Of a stretch of DNA of 64,000 bases, positions 36,361 to 46,427 are shown in pieces (position 1 is the stretch's first letter; each line of letters starts with the position of its first letter). The translations under genes were made by a program, and so were the position numbers. Below the pieces are notes generated by a model. It was not told where the DNA came from and did no database searches. It saw only the letters and a list, made by a program, of their open reading frames with translations. The DNA comes from Candidatus Nanohalarchaeota archaeon (GTDB lineage: Archaea; Nanohalarchaeota; Nanosalinia; Nanosalinales; Nanosalinaceae), in the NCBI GenBank assembly GCA_022729235.1, contig JALDAJ010000001.1, forward strand, positions 128,001 through 192,000, given 5' to 3'.

Positions 36361-38025
36361 ATGACAGGACTAGGTGGACAACCCGTATTCATCATGTCGG
36401 AAGACGCACAACGACAAACTGGTGAAGACGCACAGGAAAACAATATCTCAGCATGTAAAACAGTAGCAAAAGCTGTTCGAACAACTCTAGGACCGAAAGG
36501 AATGGACAAGATGATGGTCGACTCCATCGGCGACATAGTCGTGACCAACGACGGAGTGACTATCCTGGAAGAGATGGACCTCGAACATCCAGCAGCGAAG
36601 ATGATGGTAGAGGTCGCGCAGACCCAGGAAGAAGAGGTCGGCGACGGGACAACGACCGCGGTCGTCCTCGCAGGAGAACTCCTGAAACAGGCGGAAGACC
36701 TGCTTGACCAGGAAATCCATCCAACAGTTATCACAAACGGATTCAGGCTCGCAAAGGACAGGGCTACTAACGTACTTGACGACCTTGCAGAAGAAGTCAC
36801 AATCAACGACCAGGAAACACTTGAAAAGGTAGCGATGACAGCGATGACAGGAAAATCCGCAGAGGCTGCAAGAGACTACCTCGCAGAAATCGCAGTTGAC
36901 GCAGTCCGATCTGTAGCAGAGGAAGACGGCAACGAATACGTGGTCGACCGCGACATGGTAAAGGTCGAAAAGAGTCAGGGAGCATCCGCAGAGGATACAG
37001 AACTTGTAAAAGGCGTAATCCTTGACAAGGAGAAAGTTCACAGCGGGATGCCTTCAAAGGTCGAAAACGCGAAAATCGCGGTACTTGACTCACCGATCGA
37101 AGTAAGGGAAACTGAGACCGACGCGGAGATCAACATCTCCGACCCATCGCAGATGAAGAACTTCGTCGAACAGGAGGAAGCACAGCTGAAAGAGATGGTC
37201 AACGCTATCGAAGAATCCGGCGCAAACGTCGTCTTCTGCCAGAAAGGAATCGATGACATCGCACAGCACTACCTCGCGAAGAGAGGCATCTTTGCGATCA
37301 GAAGAGTCTCCTCCAGCGACGTAGATAAACTTGCAAAGGCTACAGGAGCCAACATCGTAACCTCTGTAGACGACATAGACTCCAGCGATCTTGGAGAAGC
37401 AGGAGCTGTTGGACAGCGCAGAATCGGCGGAGACGCCATGACGTTCGTCCAGGACTGTCCAGAAGCCAAGAGCGTTTCAATCCTCATCAGAGGCGGAACA
37501 GAACACGTAGTAGATGAAATCGAGAGAGCGATGGAAGATGCGCTCGGAAGCGTATCAAGCGCACTAAGAAACGGTCAAATAGTTGGCGGAGGCGGAGCTA
37601 CAGAAGTAGAACTCGCCCGCGAACTCAGAAACCATGCAGACTCAGTAGGCGGAAGAGAACAGCTCGCGATTAACGCATTCGCAGACGCACTCGAAGTCAT
37701 CCCCCGGACTCTATCCGAAAACGCAGGTTTCGACCCTATCGACACCCTCGTCGAACTGAGAAATCAGCACGAGGACGGAGACCACTGGGCAGGAATCGAC
37801 GTAACCTCCGGCAAGAGCGAGGCGCTCTTCGAACAGGGAGTCGTCGAACCACGGCAGACCAAGACACAGGCAGTACAGTCCGCTAGCGAGGCGGCAGAGA
37901 TGGTTCTCAGAATCGACGACGTTATCGCTGCCTCAGGATTCGACAGCGACGGCGGAGACGCAGGCGGACCACCAGCCGGCGGCGGAATGCCCGGCGGAAT
38001 GGGCGGCATGGGAGGAATGATGTGA
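36361..38025 (+). CDS. thsA: Thermosome (group II chaperonin) subunit
   Basis: [33 protein letters not shown] and a GGM tail. Confidence 0.97.
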   Translation: MTGLGGQPVFIMSEDAQRQTGEDAQENNISACKTVAKAVRTTLGPKGMDKMMVDSIGDIVVTNDGVTILEEMDLEHPAAKMMVEVAQTQEEEVGDGTTTAVVLAGELLKQAEDLLDQEIHPTVITNGFRLAKDRATNVLDDLAEEVTINDQETLEKVAMTAMTGKSAEAARDYLAEIAVDAVRSVAEEDGNEYVVDRDMVKVEKSQGASAEDTELVKGVILDKEKVHSGMPSKVENAKIAVLDSPIEVRETETDAEINISDPSQMKNFVEQEEAQLKEMVNAIEESGANVVFCQKGIDDIAQHYLAKRGIFAIRRVSSSDVDKLAKATGANIVTSVDDIDSSDLGEAGAVGQRRIGGDAMTFVQDCPEAKSVSILIRGGTEHVVDEIERAMEDALGSVSSALRNGQIVGGGGATEVELARELRNHADSVGGREQLAINAFADALEVIPRTLSENAGFDPIDTLVELRNQHEDGDHWAGIDVTSGKSEALFEQGVVEPRQTKTQAVQSASEAAEMVLRIDDVIAASGFDSDGGDAGGPPAGGGMPGGMGGMGGMM

Positions 38026-38206
38026 GGTCGAGAGACCGAGCATCTTCCGACCTTGCAGAAGATCCCTGATCTTCGAATGGGCGGTATGATGTAGGACTCT
38101 CAGACAGAGTTTCATCCGCAGGAATCAGCGATTCCTGTTAAAAGCAGTCTTTACAGAAGACTGCGTCATACCTAAGCCGTTCCTAGAACGGCTTCCTATC
38201 CTTTTT
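38026..38206 (+). repeat. Multi-hairpin palindromic cluster plus T-tract downstream of the thermosome gene (repeat element, structured RNA or terminator)
   Basis: Hairpins at 38058-38074, 38119-38137, 38144-38164 and 38174-38194; long-range pair 38083-38094/38161-38172; followed by ttttt. Confidence 0.6.
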
Positions 38207-38286
38207 CCCTCCCAACAACTATCGATCTTTAAACACACCTGAAACACCACCAACCTACTTAAGTTTTTACCCTTCAGTAAAAACAT

Positions 38287-39171
38287 ATGACATCTGAGAA
38301 TGGTTTCGAGAACGTAAGAAAGAAACTGGACGAAGAAGAGCTTGAAGGAGACTTAGAGGAAAGACTGGAAACTTTAATGGAATACCGTTCTCAGGCAAGA
38401 GAGGTCGCCTCAGAGAAGAAAAAGGAGATAGAACAAGAAAAAGAACAGATTGAAGATACCATCAACGCTCTTGCAAGGGAAACAGTCAGAGCTTACGATG
38501 GACCGCATATCTACGAACTTTCCGATCAGATAGTCAAGGTACTAGAAAACGTTGATGCCGATATTGCCTCACGAGGAAGCAGAACAATAGGAACGGAAAA
38601 GATGACTGACGACTTATCAGACCTAGGATTGCCCTTCCTAAACACCATGAACTATGAAGATCATCTTGGAAGAAAATCCAAAATGGAGACAATTGGAAAC
38701 GAATCAATCGCTGGAAGAGGCGTACTTGAGAAATCCAAAGAAGGACAGATAGTTAGTGCGGCTGTTCATGGAGACCATCTATTTTACAAAGCTGAGAACC
38801 CTCGTGCTGCAAATATGATCGGTATAGGAGGACATCACTTCCAGAAATCGAAGTCCCCAACTGCTATAAACGGCGTAACTTATGGAGAACATGCCTTCGA
38901 AAAAGCAGATAGTCCTTATCTCGAAAGCTGGCATCTAAGCGGACGTCACGCTCTAGCAAACTCAGAGAACCCTGTAATAGTAGATGCAACGATAGAAGGA
39001 AAACACGCTCTAAGAAATGCCAGATCACCTACATTGATTAACGTTGATGGGACCTATGACGCACCAGATAATAGTATAGTTTACGAGGAAGTTCCAGATG
39101 AGGTAATTGCTGAAATTGGACCAGAAGACGATATAGAAGAACTAGTTTCTGATGAATACAGAGTCACCTGA
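38287..39171 (+). CDS. Hypothetical protein: coiled coil plus 19-aa tandem-repeat solenoid
   Basis: Repeats GDHLFYKAENP, GGHHFQKSKSP, GEHAFEKADSP, GRHALANSENP and GKHALRNARSP at 19-aa spacing. Confidence 0.7.
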   Translation: MTSENGFENVRKKLDEEELEGDLEERLETLMEYRSQAREVASEKKKEIEQEKEQIEDTINALARETVRAYDGPHIYELSDQIVKVLENVDADIASRGSRTIGTEKMTDDLSDLGLPFLNTMNYEDHLGRKSKMETIGNESIAGRGVLEKSKEGQIVSAAVHGDHLFYKAENPRAANMIGIGGHHFQKSKSPTAINGVTYGEHAFEKADSPYLESWHLSGRHALANSENPVIVDATIEGKHALRNARSPTLINVDGTYDAPDNSIVYEEVPDEVIAEIGPEDDIEELVSDEYRVT

Positions 39172-39199
39172 AAACAATCTTCTAAGCTAACACTTCATT

Positions 39200-39832
39200 A
39201 TGCCCTAATCAAAGAACAAAAATAAACTCTCAGAGGACTTCTTCAATAGAAGAGTCGACAAGGTAGCGGAAGAACTTCCGGGCAAACTTCTAGTATACAA
39301 CAGCGATGGAGGAACTGCTGGCGGCATAATAGTCGAGACCGAGGCCTACCTAGGAAGGGAGGACCATGCATCACACCTTGTGAAGGCGGGAGAGAAACGC
39401 GAGAAAGTTTTCGATAAAGGCGCGGGAACGGTCTACATTTTCAAGATATACCACTGCAACCTGAACTTCATCACTGAACACGCCGGGATTGCGGAAGGCG
39501 TACTTATACGGGCGCTGGAGCCTACAAAAGGAATAGAGTTGATGAAGCAGCAGCGCGGAGTAGAAGAGAAAACAGAGCTAGCCTCGGGACCGGGAAGACT
39601 AACGGAGGCGCTTGGAATCACGAAAGAACAGGAGAACAGGAAACCGGTAGAGGACAGTAATGTCTCAATATACGATACAGGTCTGGAGCCAGAGATTGAG
39701 AAGACAGGTAGAATAGGTATCTCAGAGGCGAAGGACTGGCCGCTGCGGTTTACTGTAAAAGGGAGCGATTATGTTTCCACAGCTTCTAGTACGGAAATAT
39801 CAGAGGACTTTGACATTGGAAAATACTATTGA
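39200..39832 (+). pseudogene. mpg: DNA-3-methyladenine glycosylase (MPG/AAG family), probably disrupted
   Basis: The frame contains FFNR..DKVAEEL.GKLL, GIIVETEAYLG..D.ASH, GVLIRALEP, SGPGRLT.ALGI and RIGIS; the only upstream ATG (39200) is followed by TAA at codon 3. Confidence 0.75.
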
Positions 39833-39941
39833 TTTTTCCGGCACCCACTGGAGCCTTAACACATGATCCAACTTTGTGAAGTTGGGTGGGTTATAAATAC
39901 GGGCGTCAGGAATTTTGACCTGTATAACCGGTGTCACAATC

Positions 39942-40601
39942 ATGTCGGAGGAAGAAGTTGATTTAGGTGAAGAAACAGACGACTACGAAGTCGTACCTGT
40001 AGGTCCTATCAGGCGACTTGAGAAAAGGATAGATAATATTGAAACAAAGGCTCAGGGTGGCGGTCCGAGTGATGATGTCGTACGTGACGTTCTCGACATC
40101 ATGAAATCTAACCAGAAAATCGTCAACGACATGACCCAGTCCACCCACGAACTGAAGAACGAAGTAGAAGACCTGACCCACAAGATGGACGAGGTAGTTG
40201 ACAACATGAACTCGTTCATGGACTTACTGAAGGACGCCTCGGAGATGGATATGGAAGGTGAAGTGGTCGGAGACATGCAGTCAAGAATAGCCGATGCTGT
40301 AGGGAACCGGATGGAAGATATAGTTACAGACATGCAGGAGTCCAACCGGCAGCTTGTTGACTCCCTGGAAGACATAAACCAGAGTATAAAGCGCTCATAC
40401 GCCGCCCAGAACAAAGATGAAATTCTCGAGAGAGGTGACCGAAGACAGAGGCGTTCAGGCAACCGTCAGAGTCAGCAGCAAAGAGGTGCAAATGACGGAG
40501 GTCAAGGGCAGAGACAGACCCAACAGCCTGAAGACGAACGAGGTCAGGAGCGGATGAGAAAACTTAGAGAACGTTTCAACGATATGAATGAAGAATCGTG
40601 A
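39942..40601 (+). CDS. Coiled-coil hypothetical protein heading the pilus operon
   Basis: YEVVPVGPIRRLEKRI followed by heptads; its stop overlaps the first pilin gene. Confidence 0.7.
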   Translation: MSEEEVDLGEETDDYEVVPVGPIRRLEKRIDNIETKAQGGGPSDDVVRDVLDIMKSNQKIVNDMTQSTHELKNEVEDLTHKMDEVVDNMNSFMDLLKDASEMDMEGEVVGDMQSRIADAVGNRMEDIVTDMQESNRQLVDSLEDINQSIKRSYAAQNKDEILERGDRRQRRSGNRQSQQQRGANDGGQGQRQTQQPEDERGQERMRKLRERFNDMNEES

Positions 40602-41119
40602 GCCCGGTAAGCAAAGGCATAACACCTGTTGTCGCAACAGTTCTTCTTTTGACCATCAGTGTAGCCGCCACCGCGACAGCATATAACTTCATAATAGATA
40701 CACAGGAAAGAGTCGCCCAGGGCCTAGAGGAAGATCTCACCACCCAGGAGCTAAAACAGCAGTCAGATATCAGTATAGACTTCGCTTACAACAGCACTGG
40801 TAACTTCACATTGATCAACCTCAGGAACAGCGGTTCTATAAGCATACCTATCAACGAGAGCGGGATGAAACCGCTCCGGCTTTACGCGGACGGCAGACCA
40901 GTAGAATCAGAGGTAGGTGGGCCAGGAGAAGGATGGAAGTATGGCGACTCCGATGACCAGGCACCGGAAGAAAGAATCCTGATAGACCCTGACGAAACAC
41001 GGACTATAAACACCACCGTACAGTACCCCGTAAGAGGCGAAAGTAAGGCTTTCAGGTTCGTAGGACCTTATGACAGCGTGGCATCGAAAACCTGCTACAA
41101 CTCAGGATCCTCCTGTTAA
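40598..41119 (+). CDS. Archaeal type IV pilin
   Basis: KG|ITPVVATVLLLTISVAA; LRNSG motif. Confidence 0.85.
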   Translation: MSPVSKGITPVVATVLLLTISVAATATAYNFIIDTQERVAQGLEEDLTTQELKQQSDISIDFAYNSTGNFTLINLRNSGSISIPINESGMKPLRLYADGRPVESEVGGPGEGWKYGDSDDQAPEERILIDPDETRTINTTVQYPVRGESKAFRFVGPYDSVASKTCYNSGSSC

Positions 41120-41164
41120 CTTATTTAAAGAAATAATAGGAAAACACTTCTAGAGACAGGTAAT

Positions 41165-41674
41165 ATGAAGAGAAAAGGTATCACCCCTGTAATCGCCATC
41201 GTACTTCTAATGCTGATAACAGTCGGAGCTGTAGGTGTCGTCTACACACAGTTCGAAGAGATAACAGACAGACAGGCCGACCTGGACTTTCTAGAAGACA
41301 TGGACATCAGAGTACAGAGTACGGTACTCGAAAGCGATGGGAACATGGAAATAACGCTTGAAAACAATGATAACGAACAGGTTAACCTTACAGAGACTGC
41401 AAGGCTCGAATACAGTGTAGAAGGTGAAGGCAGAGTTGGACCTACCACATTCGAAACAGTATCCGGATACGCGTATGAAGGTGGAGAATGTCTCGAACAA
41501 GGTAATGCTGATTATGGAGCATTTGAACCAGGAGATATAGTAACTTGCGATACCGGCGTTGAGATGGCTGATCCCGGGGACCCTATCACAGTTTACCTCA
41601 TAGAAACAGGTTCCGGAGATGTAGTGGATTCAACCACCTGTTCGCCTTCGACATCCAGCAGTTCAACCTGTTGA
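41165..41674 (+). CDS. Archaeal type IV pilin (candidate major pilin)
   Basis: KRKG|ITPVIAIVLLMLITVGAV; own upstream TATA-like tttaaa. Confidence 0.88.
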   Translation: MKRKGITPVIAIVLLMLITVGAVGVVYTQFEEITDRQADLDFLEDMDIRVQSTVLESDGNMEITLENNDNEQVNLTETARLEYSVEGEGRVGPTTFETVSGYAYEGGECLEQGNADYGAFEPGDIVTCDTGVEMADPGDPITVYLIETGSGDVVDSTTCSPSTSSSSTC

Positions 41675-41724
41675 ATCTATTCTCTTCCACTTATTTTATA
41701 TTCGAGCAAGGAGCTTTTTGAGAT

Positions 41725-42369
41725 ATGAAAGGGCAGACCCAGGCGCTTACTGCTGTCATGATAACGACTGTGACTATAGGGGCGATAGCTACTGCCTATG
41801 TCTGGGGAACACCGCTTCTGGAGAAGCAGCAGAGCCAGGCACAGCTCCAGGAGGTTGAGAGATCGGTGATAAATCTTAAAGATGATATACTCTCCATCTC
41901 GAACAGCGGTGAAGGAACTACAACTGAAGTAGAGATAGATGTTGACAGTGGCAGGGTCGAAGTAAATCCTGAAGAAAACTATATCGACATCACCACTAAC
42001 ACTAGAAGACCGCCTTACCCGCCAGGACGGTGGACGCTGATCGAAGGTGAAAGACTGCAGAACCTTAGTATCGGTGAGGGAAGTTATGCTCTGAAAGAAT
42101 CCGACCTGCCCGGCGTGGTAGCAGTCAGGGCTGCATCAGGCACTGGTGATACAGTCATCACCTACCGTGTAGAGTTCAGGAACATGTATACTGAAACACC
42201 AGCCGGTCCTGAACTGGAGCTTGTTGATTTGCAGACAATAGGTGCGGAGACTGCTACAGACACAGTCAGGGTTCTTATATCCAATGATGGAGAAAGAAAG
42301 GACAGTATAGACGTGAACGGAGAAAACCTGCAGAGAACAAGTACGGAAATAGAGATAGATCTTAGGTGA
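41725..42369 (+). CDS. Prepilin-like protein
   Basis: MKG|QTQALTAVMITTV...YVWGTPLLEK. Confidence 0.78.
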   Translation: MKGQTQALTAVMITTVTIGAIATAYVWGTPLLEKQQSQAQLQEVERSVINLKDDILSISNSGEGTTTEVEIDVDSGRVEVNPEENYIDITTNTRRPPYPPGRWTLIEGERLQNLSIGEGSYALKESDLPGVVAVRAASGTGDTVITYRVEFRNMYTETPAGPELELVDLQTIGAETATDTVRVLISNDGERKDSIDVNGENLQRTSTEIEIDLR

Positions 42370-42375
42370 GCAAAT

Positions 42376-42771
42376 TTGAAAGGACAGTACCTTGCAGTGG
42401 AAAGCGTATTAACCCTGGGGATGGGTCTGGTAGTTGCTATCGGAACAGTATCCGCATTCTCAAGTTACAGGAGCGGAGTGCTGGATATGGCAGGAGAAAG
42501 ACAGGTAGACATCATAGAAGCGGAACTCGCCTCGGCGGTATACAGTCTAGAAGGCGTTGAATCAGGCGAACTGGAAGTTAAGCTCCCTGAAGACATCGGC
42601 GGGCAGGGATACCAGATAGTATTTGACGACGGTATAAAGATACTTGTGAACAACCAGGAATATGTTACGGAACTCGAACACTTCAGTGATAAGGAGTTCC
42701 AGGGTTCGGTTGAAGGCGGTCCAGTAAAAGTATTCAAAAGCGGAGACCAATTTACACTGGGTGCTGACTGA
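42376..42771 (+). CDS. Prepilin-like protein
   Basis: TTG start 6 nt after AGGTGA; KG|QYLAVESVLTLGMGLVV; LPEDIGG..Y.I motif. Confidence 0.78.
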   Translation: MKGQYLAVESVLTLGMGLVVAIGTVSAFSSYRSGVLDMAGERQVDIIEAELASAVYSLEGVESGELEVKLPEDIGGQGYQIVFDDGIKILVNNQEYVTELEHFSDKEFQGSVEGGPVKVFKSGDQFTLGAD

Positions 42772-44486
42772 TGAGCATGAACTTTGCCGGTCTTGTGAAA
42801 CGCCTGCAAAAGGCTAACCATCCTGAATTATACGAGAAGGATGAAGAGGAAACAGAAGAGATATCAGAGGAAGGAGTGAAGCTTCCGGCTCCAGGAAGTT
42901 TCCAGCCAGAGATGGTGACGGAAGAGGAGGAAGACGGGGAATCCATGACCGACGTAGATGTGTCATATCCCTTGATACCCAAGAACCCTGAATCAGGGGA
43001 TATAGTGTATGCGTGGGCTCACATAAGCTGGGATGAAAAAAACGGGGAACTACGATACAGGGTCATAGAACCCGAACTGAACCCTGAAACAGAGAGGATA
43101 CTTGAGAAGATAAAGAGTATACTGGAGAGAAGCTTCGATGTAAACTTCACCGAGCTCGAAACAGAGGAGGCTGACAGGTACCTGTCCGAGAAAATCGATA
43201 TGATTGTAGACAAATACAACATATCCCTTACAGATCAGCAGAGAGATGTAATCCGGTACTACTCTTACCGTGACTTCGCCGGACTGGGCAGGCTACAGCC
43301 ATTGATGAACGACAAGGAAGTGGAGGATATATCCTGCGACGGAAACGGCATACCGGTCTATGTCTACCACCGTAACCCACGATTCGGTTCTATCAAGACC
43401 AATGTAACCTGGGATGAAGAAGAGGTGCTCGACAGTTTCGTTATGAAACTGGCGCAGAGGTGCGGTCGTTCCATATCCGTATCAGAACCTCTGCTCGACG
43501 GTTCACTTCCCGATGGTTCACGTGTCCAGGCTACCCTCGCAACAGATATCGCCAGGAAAGGAAGCAACTTTACGATAAGACGTTTCACAGAGGATCCATT
43601 AACCCCTATACATATGATGGACTTCGAGACGGAGAACGCGCAGATGCTGAGCTATCTCTGGACTCTCGTAGAACACGGCAAGTCGATACTGGTAGCAGGA
43701 ACCACCGGAGCGGGTAAAACATCGCAGTTGAACGCACTATCACTTTTCATACGACCGGAGAAGAAAATCGTCTCCATCGAGGACACGCCGGAACTCCGGT
43801 TGCCGCACGACCACTGGGTGCCAGAGGTCGCAAGAAGCGGGTTCGGTTCCAGCGCGGAGGAAGGTGGAGAGGTATCAATGGACGACCTGCTGAAAGAGTC
43901 GCTGCGCCAGCGCCCGGAGTACATCATAGTCGGTGAGGTCAGGGGTGAAGAAGCATACATCCTGTTCCAGCAGATGGCAACTGGACACACAGGATTATCG
44001 ACAATCCACGCTGACTCCCTTGGCATGCTTATGGACCGCCTGACAACTAACCCTATCAACCTGTCACCAAGCCTTATAGAGACCCTGGACGCGGTAATGC
44101 TGATATCGAGAATCCGTCGTGGCGATACGTATGTCAGGCGTATCAAGGGCTTATACGAGGTTGAAGGATATGACAAGAGAAAAGGTATAGACGCAAACAA
44201 GGTCTTTGAATGGGACCCGAAAGAGGATACGTACGAAGTAGCTAACAATTCCATGCTCCTGAAAGAGATAGTCCATGAGACAGGGATGAGTGAAAAAGAA
44301 ATCCAGAAAGAACTTGTGAACCGTCAGCACGTACTTGAATGGATGCAGGAAGAGCAACACAAGCATTACAGGAAGGTCGGAGACATAATATCCCGCTACT
44401 ACTCGAACCCGCGGTCGGTACTGGAGAAAGTCGGGCAAAGCTTAAACTCGGAGCAAGACCAAATCAAAGTACAGGAGAATGCTTGA
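42771..44486 (+). CDS. Type IV pilus assembly ATPase (PilB/FlaI/TadA family)
   Basis: EDISCDG, LPDGSRV, FTIRRF, Walker A GTTGAGKT, SIEDTPEL, LRQRPEYIIVGEVRG and TGH..LSTIHA. Confidence 0.95.
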   Translation: MSMNFAGLVKRLQKANHPELYEKDEEETEEISEEGVKLPAPGSFQPEMVTEEEEDGESMTDVDVSYPLIPKNPESGDIVYAWAHISWDEKNGELRYRVIEPELNPETERILEKIKSILERSFDVNFTELETEEADRYLSEKIDMIVDKYNISLTDQQRDVIRYYSYRDFAGLGRLQPLMNDKEVEDISCDGNGIPVYVYHRNPRFGSIKTNVTWDEEEVLDSFVMKLAQRCGRSISVSEPLLDGSLPDGSRVQATLATDIARKGSNFTIRRFTEDPLTPIHMMDFETENAQMLSYLWTLVEHGKSILVAGTTGAGKTSQLNALSLFIRPEKKIVSIEDTPELRLPHDHWVPEVARSGFGSSAEEGGEVSMDDLLKESLRQRPEYIIVGEVRGEEAYILFQQMATGHTGLSTIHADSLGMLMDRLTTNPINLSPSLIETLDAVMLISRIRRGDTYVRRIKGLYEVEGYDKRKGIDANKVFEWDPKEDTYEVANNSMLLKEIVHETGMSEKEIQKELVNRQHVLEWMQEEQHKHYRKVGDIISRYYSNPRSVLEKVGQSLNSEQDQIKVQENA

Positions 44487-45351
44487 GGAGTATGCAGAGT
44501 TCTGCTACGATCAGATCGGTAGCTACGTGCTCGACTATCTTAACTACTTTGAAGACCTTAGACCGCAGATATCAAAGGCTAACATAGGTGTATCGCTGCC
44601 AGAGTACGTGGCGATGCTGGTATTCTCGACCATGGTAAGCACCGTCTTCAGTCTTTTCGTTATCGGCGGCATACTTACCCTGGGGTCCGGGATTACAGGA
44701 GGCATCATGGCAGTGGCGGTCTCACTTGTCATAGGAGTTGCGACCATGCTGATGTTCTACCTCTACCCCTCCCTGGTGATAAGGAACAGGGCGACCAAGA
44801 TACGCGATAAACTACCCTTTGCAACCATGTACATGTCAACTCTCGCAGGGACCGGGACCTCTCTATCAGAACTGTTCTCTATCCTGGCAGAACAGGAAGA
44901 ATACGGAGAAGTCGCCCAGGAGGCGGAAAAAATCAGTCGTGACATCGAAACATTCGGTATGGACATAAGCGAGGCTCTGAAAAACGCCGCTGATAGGACA
45001 CCGAGCAAGGAATTCAAGGAGCTCATGTGGGGGATGAACCACGTCATAACCTCCGGCGGATCGCTCAGAGAGTTCTTGCAGGAGCGCTCAAGGACACTGA
45101 TGAACGACTACCAGCGCAGGGTCGAAGAATTCGCCGAACAGCTGGGTCTCCTGGTAGAGATGTATATCACACTTGTTATCGTCGGATCCATCATCTTCAC
45201 CTCAATGAGCGCAGTGATGAGCTCGTTCACCACTTACCCTCCTGAATTCATAGTAGGTATCCAGATTCTGTCCATCTTCTTCGGACTACCTCTTATATCC
45301 GCGATGTTCATAATACTCGTAAAAGGCATGGCTCCCGGAGGCGTTAGATAG
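44479..45351 (+). CDS. Type II secretion F-family pilus platform protein (PilC/TadB-like)
   Basis: LPFA..YM..LAG.G, YGEVA.E, G.D..EAL...A.RTPS and SGGSL motifs. Confidence 0.9.
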   Translation: MLEEYAEFCYDQIGSYVLDYLNYFEDLRPQISKANIGVSLPEYVAMLVFSTMVSTVFSLFVIGGILTLGSGITGGIMAVAVSLVIGVATMLMFYLYPSLVIRNRATKIRDKLPFATMYMSTLAGTGTSLSELFSILAEQEEYGEVAQEAEKISRDIETFGMDISEALKNAADRTPSKEFKELMWGMNHVITSGGSLREFLQERSRTLMNDYQRRVEEFAEQLGLLVEMYITLVIVGSIIFTSMSAVMSSFTTYPPEFIVGIQILSIFFGLPLISAMFIILVKGMAPGGVR

Positions 45352-45370
45352 TGAACAGAGGTGATAACCT

Positions 45371-46402
45371 ATTATAGACTTCTTCAAGGAAGATGAATAC
45401 GAACACGGATACTCTCCCGAAGATAAAGCTGTACTCGGGTCCATCGCCCTGGGAGCGTTCCTGATAATAACAGGGATCGGGGTATACATCACAGTATCAC
45501 CGCAGACAGGGGGCGCCCTACTGATACTTGGACTGATAGTGGGTATACTACCCTACTCCATCATATCATTCCTGAAGAACCGTGCCATAAGAGAGATGGA
45601 GGACCAGTTTCCTTCCTTCCTTAAAGACCTCGCAGAGTCCAAGAGAGGTGGTATGACTATCCTCCAGGCATTCGGATCCGCCCGAGACACTGATTACGGG
45701 AGATTGAACAGCGAGATAGAGAAGATACACAACGAACTGACCTGGGGAATACCTTTCCCAAGAGTTATGGAAAGGTTCTCGAAGAGGATGAAAGATTCTG
45801 CGGTAATCCAGGAATCAGTCTCCATCCTGCTCCAGAGCTTCAAGAGCGGTGGAAACATAACAAAGACCATCGAGGCAATAGGCGAGGACGCATCTAAATT
45901 AAAGGAGACCATCCAGAAGAAAGATTCGAAGATAAAGCAACAGGTTTTCATAATGTACATCATCTACTTCCTGTTCATCGGCATCACCATAGGAATCTAC
46001 GTGATGCTGGCTCAACTACTCGGCCTTGGAGACCCTGGCGGGGGAGCTCTAGACGGGATCGAAGATGATTTCCTTGGAGAAGGTCAGCAGGAAGCGGTAA
46101 ACTTCTGTAGTGGAGAAATAATCGCCGCAACACCTCTATGTGAGACAGCCAAACTCTTCGGGTTCGTGCCTTCAGAGGTAACCGACTTCACAAGCGAGTT
46201 CGCAGTGGAACACAACTACGGGAACATGGCTTACTACAAATCCTTGCTTTTCTGGATGCTGATGATACAGGGTGTAGCAACCGGGGCAGTAGCAGGGCAG
46301 ATCAGTGAGGGCTCCCCAAGTGCAGGGGTCAAACACGCACTGATAATGCTCCCAGTAGCATTCATAGTATTCATGTACGCGGTAGGACTGGCAGGTGTGT
46401 GA
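45371..46402 (+). CDS. Second T2SS-F-family pilus platform protein (TadC-like); probable ATT start
   Basis: FPSFL.DLAES.RGG, DYG.L..EI, WGIPF, SGG and G.KH motifs; the frame is open from 45368 with two extra TM helices upstream of the annotated GTG 45539. Confidence 0.85.
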   Translation: MIDFFKEDEYEHGYSPEDKAVLGSIALGAFLIITGIGVYITVSPQTGGALLILGLIVGILPYSIISFLKNRAIREMEDQFPSFLKDLAESKRGGMTILQAFGSARDTDYGRLNSEIEKIHNELTWGIPFPRVMERFSKRMKDSAVIQESVSILLQSFKSGGNITKTIEAIGEDASKLKETIQKKDSKIKQQVFIMYIIYFLFIGITIGIYVMLAQLLGLGDPGGGALDGIEDDFLGEGQQEAVNFCSGEIIAATPLCETAKLFGFVPSEVTDFTSEFAVEHNYGNMAYYKSLLFWMLMIQGVATGAVAGQISEGSPSAGVKHALIMLPVAFIVFMYAVGLAGV

Positions 46403-46427
46403 CAATGGTAACAGGAGGAGGTCCAAG

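Noticed and set aside
37965-38025. ggcggaatg-type tandem repeat
   Set aside because: It encodes the ordinary GGM tail of the chaperonin.
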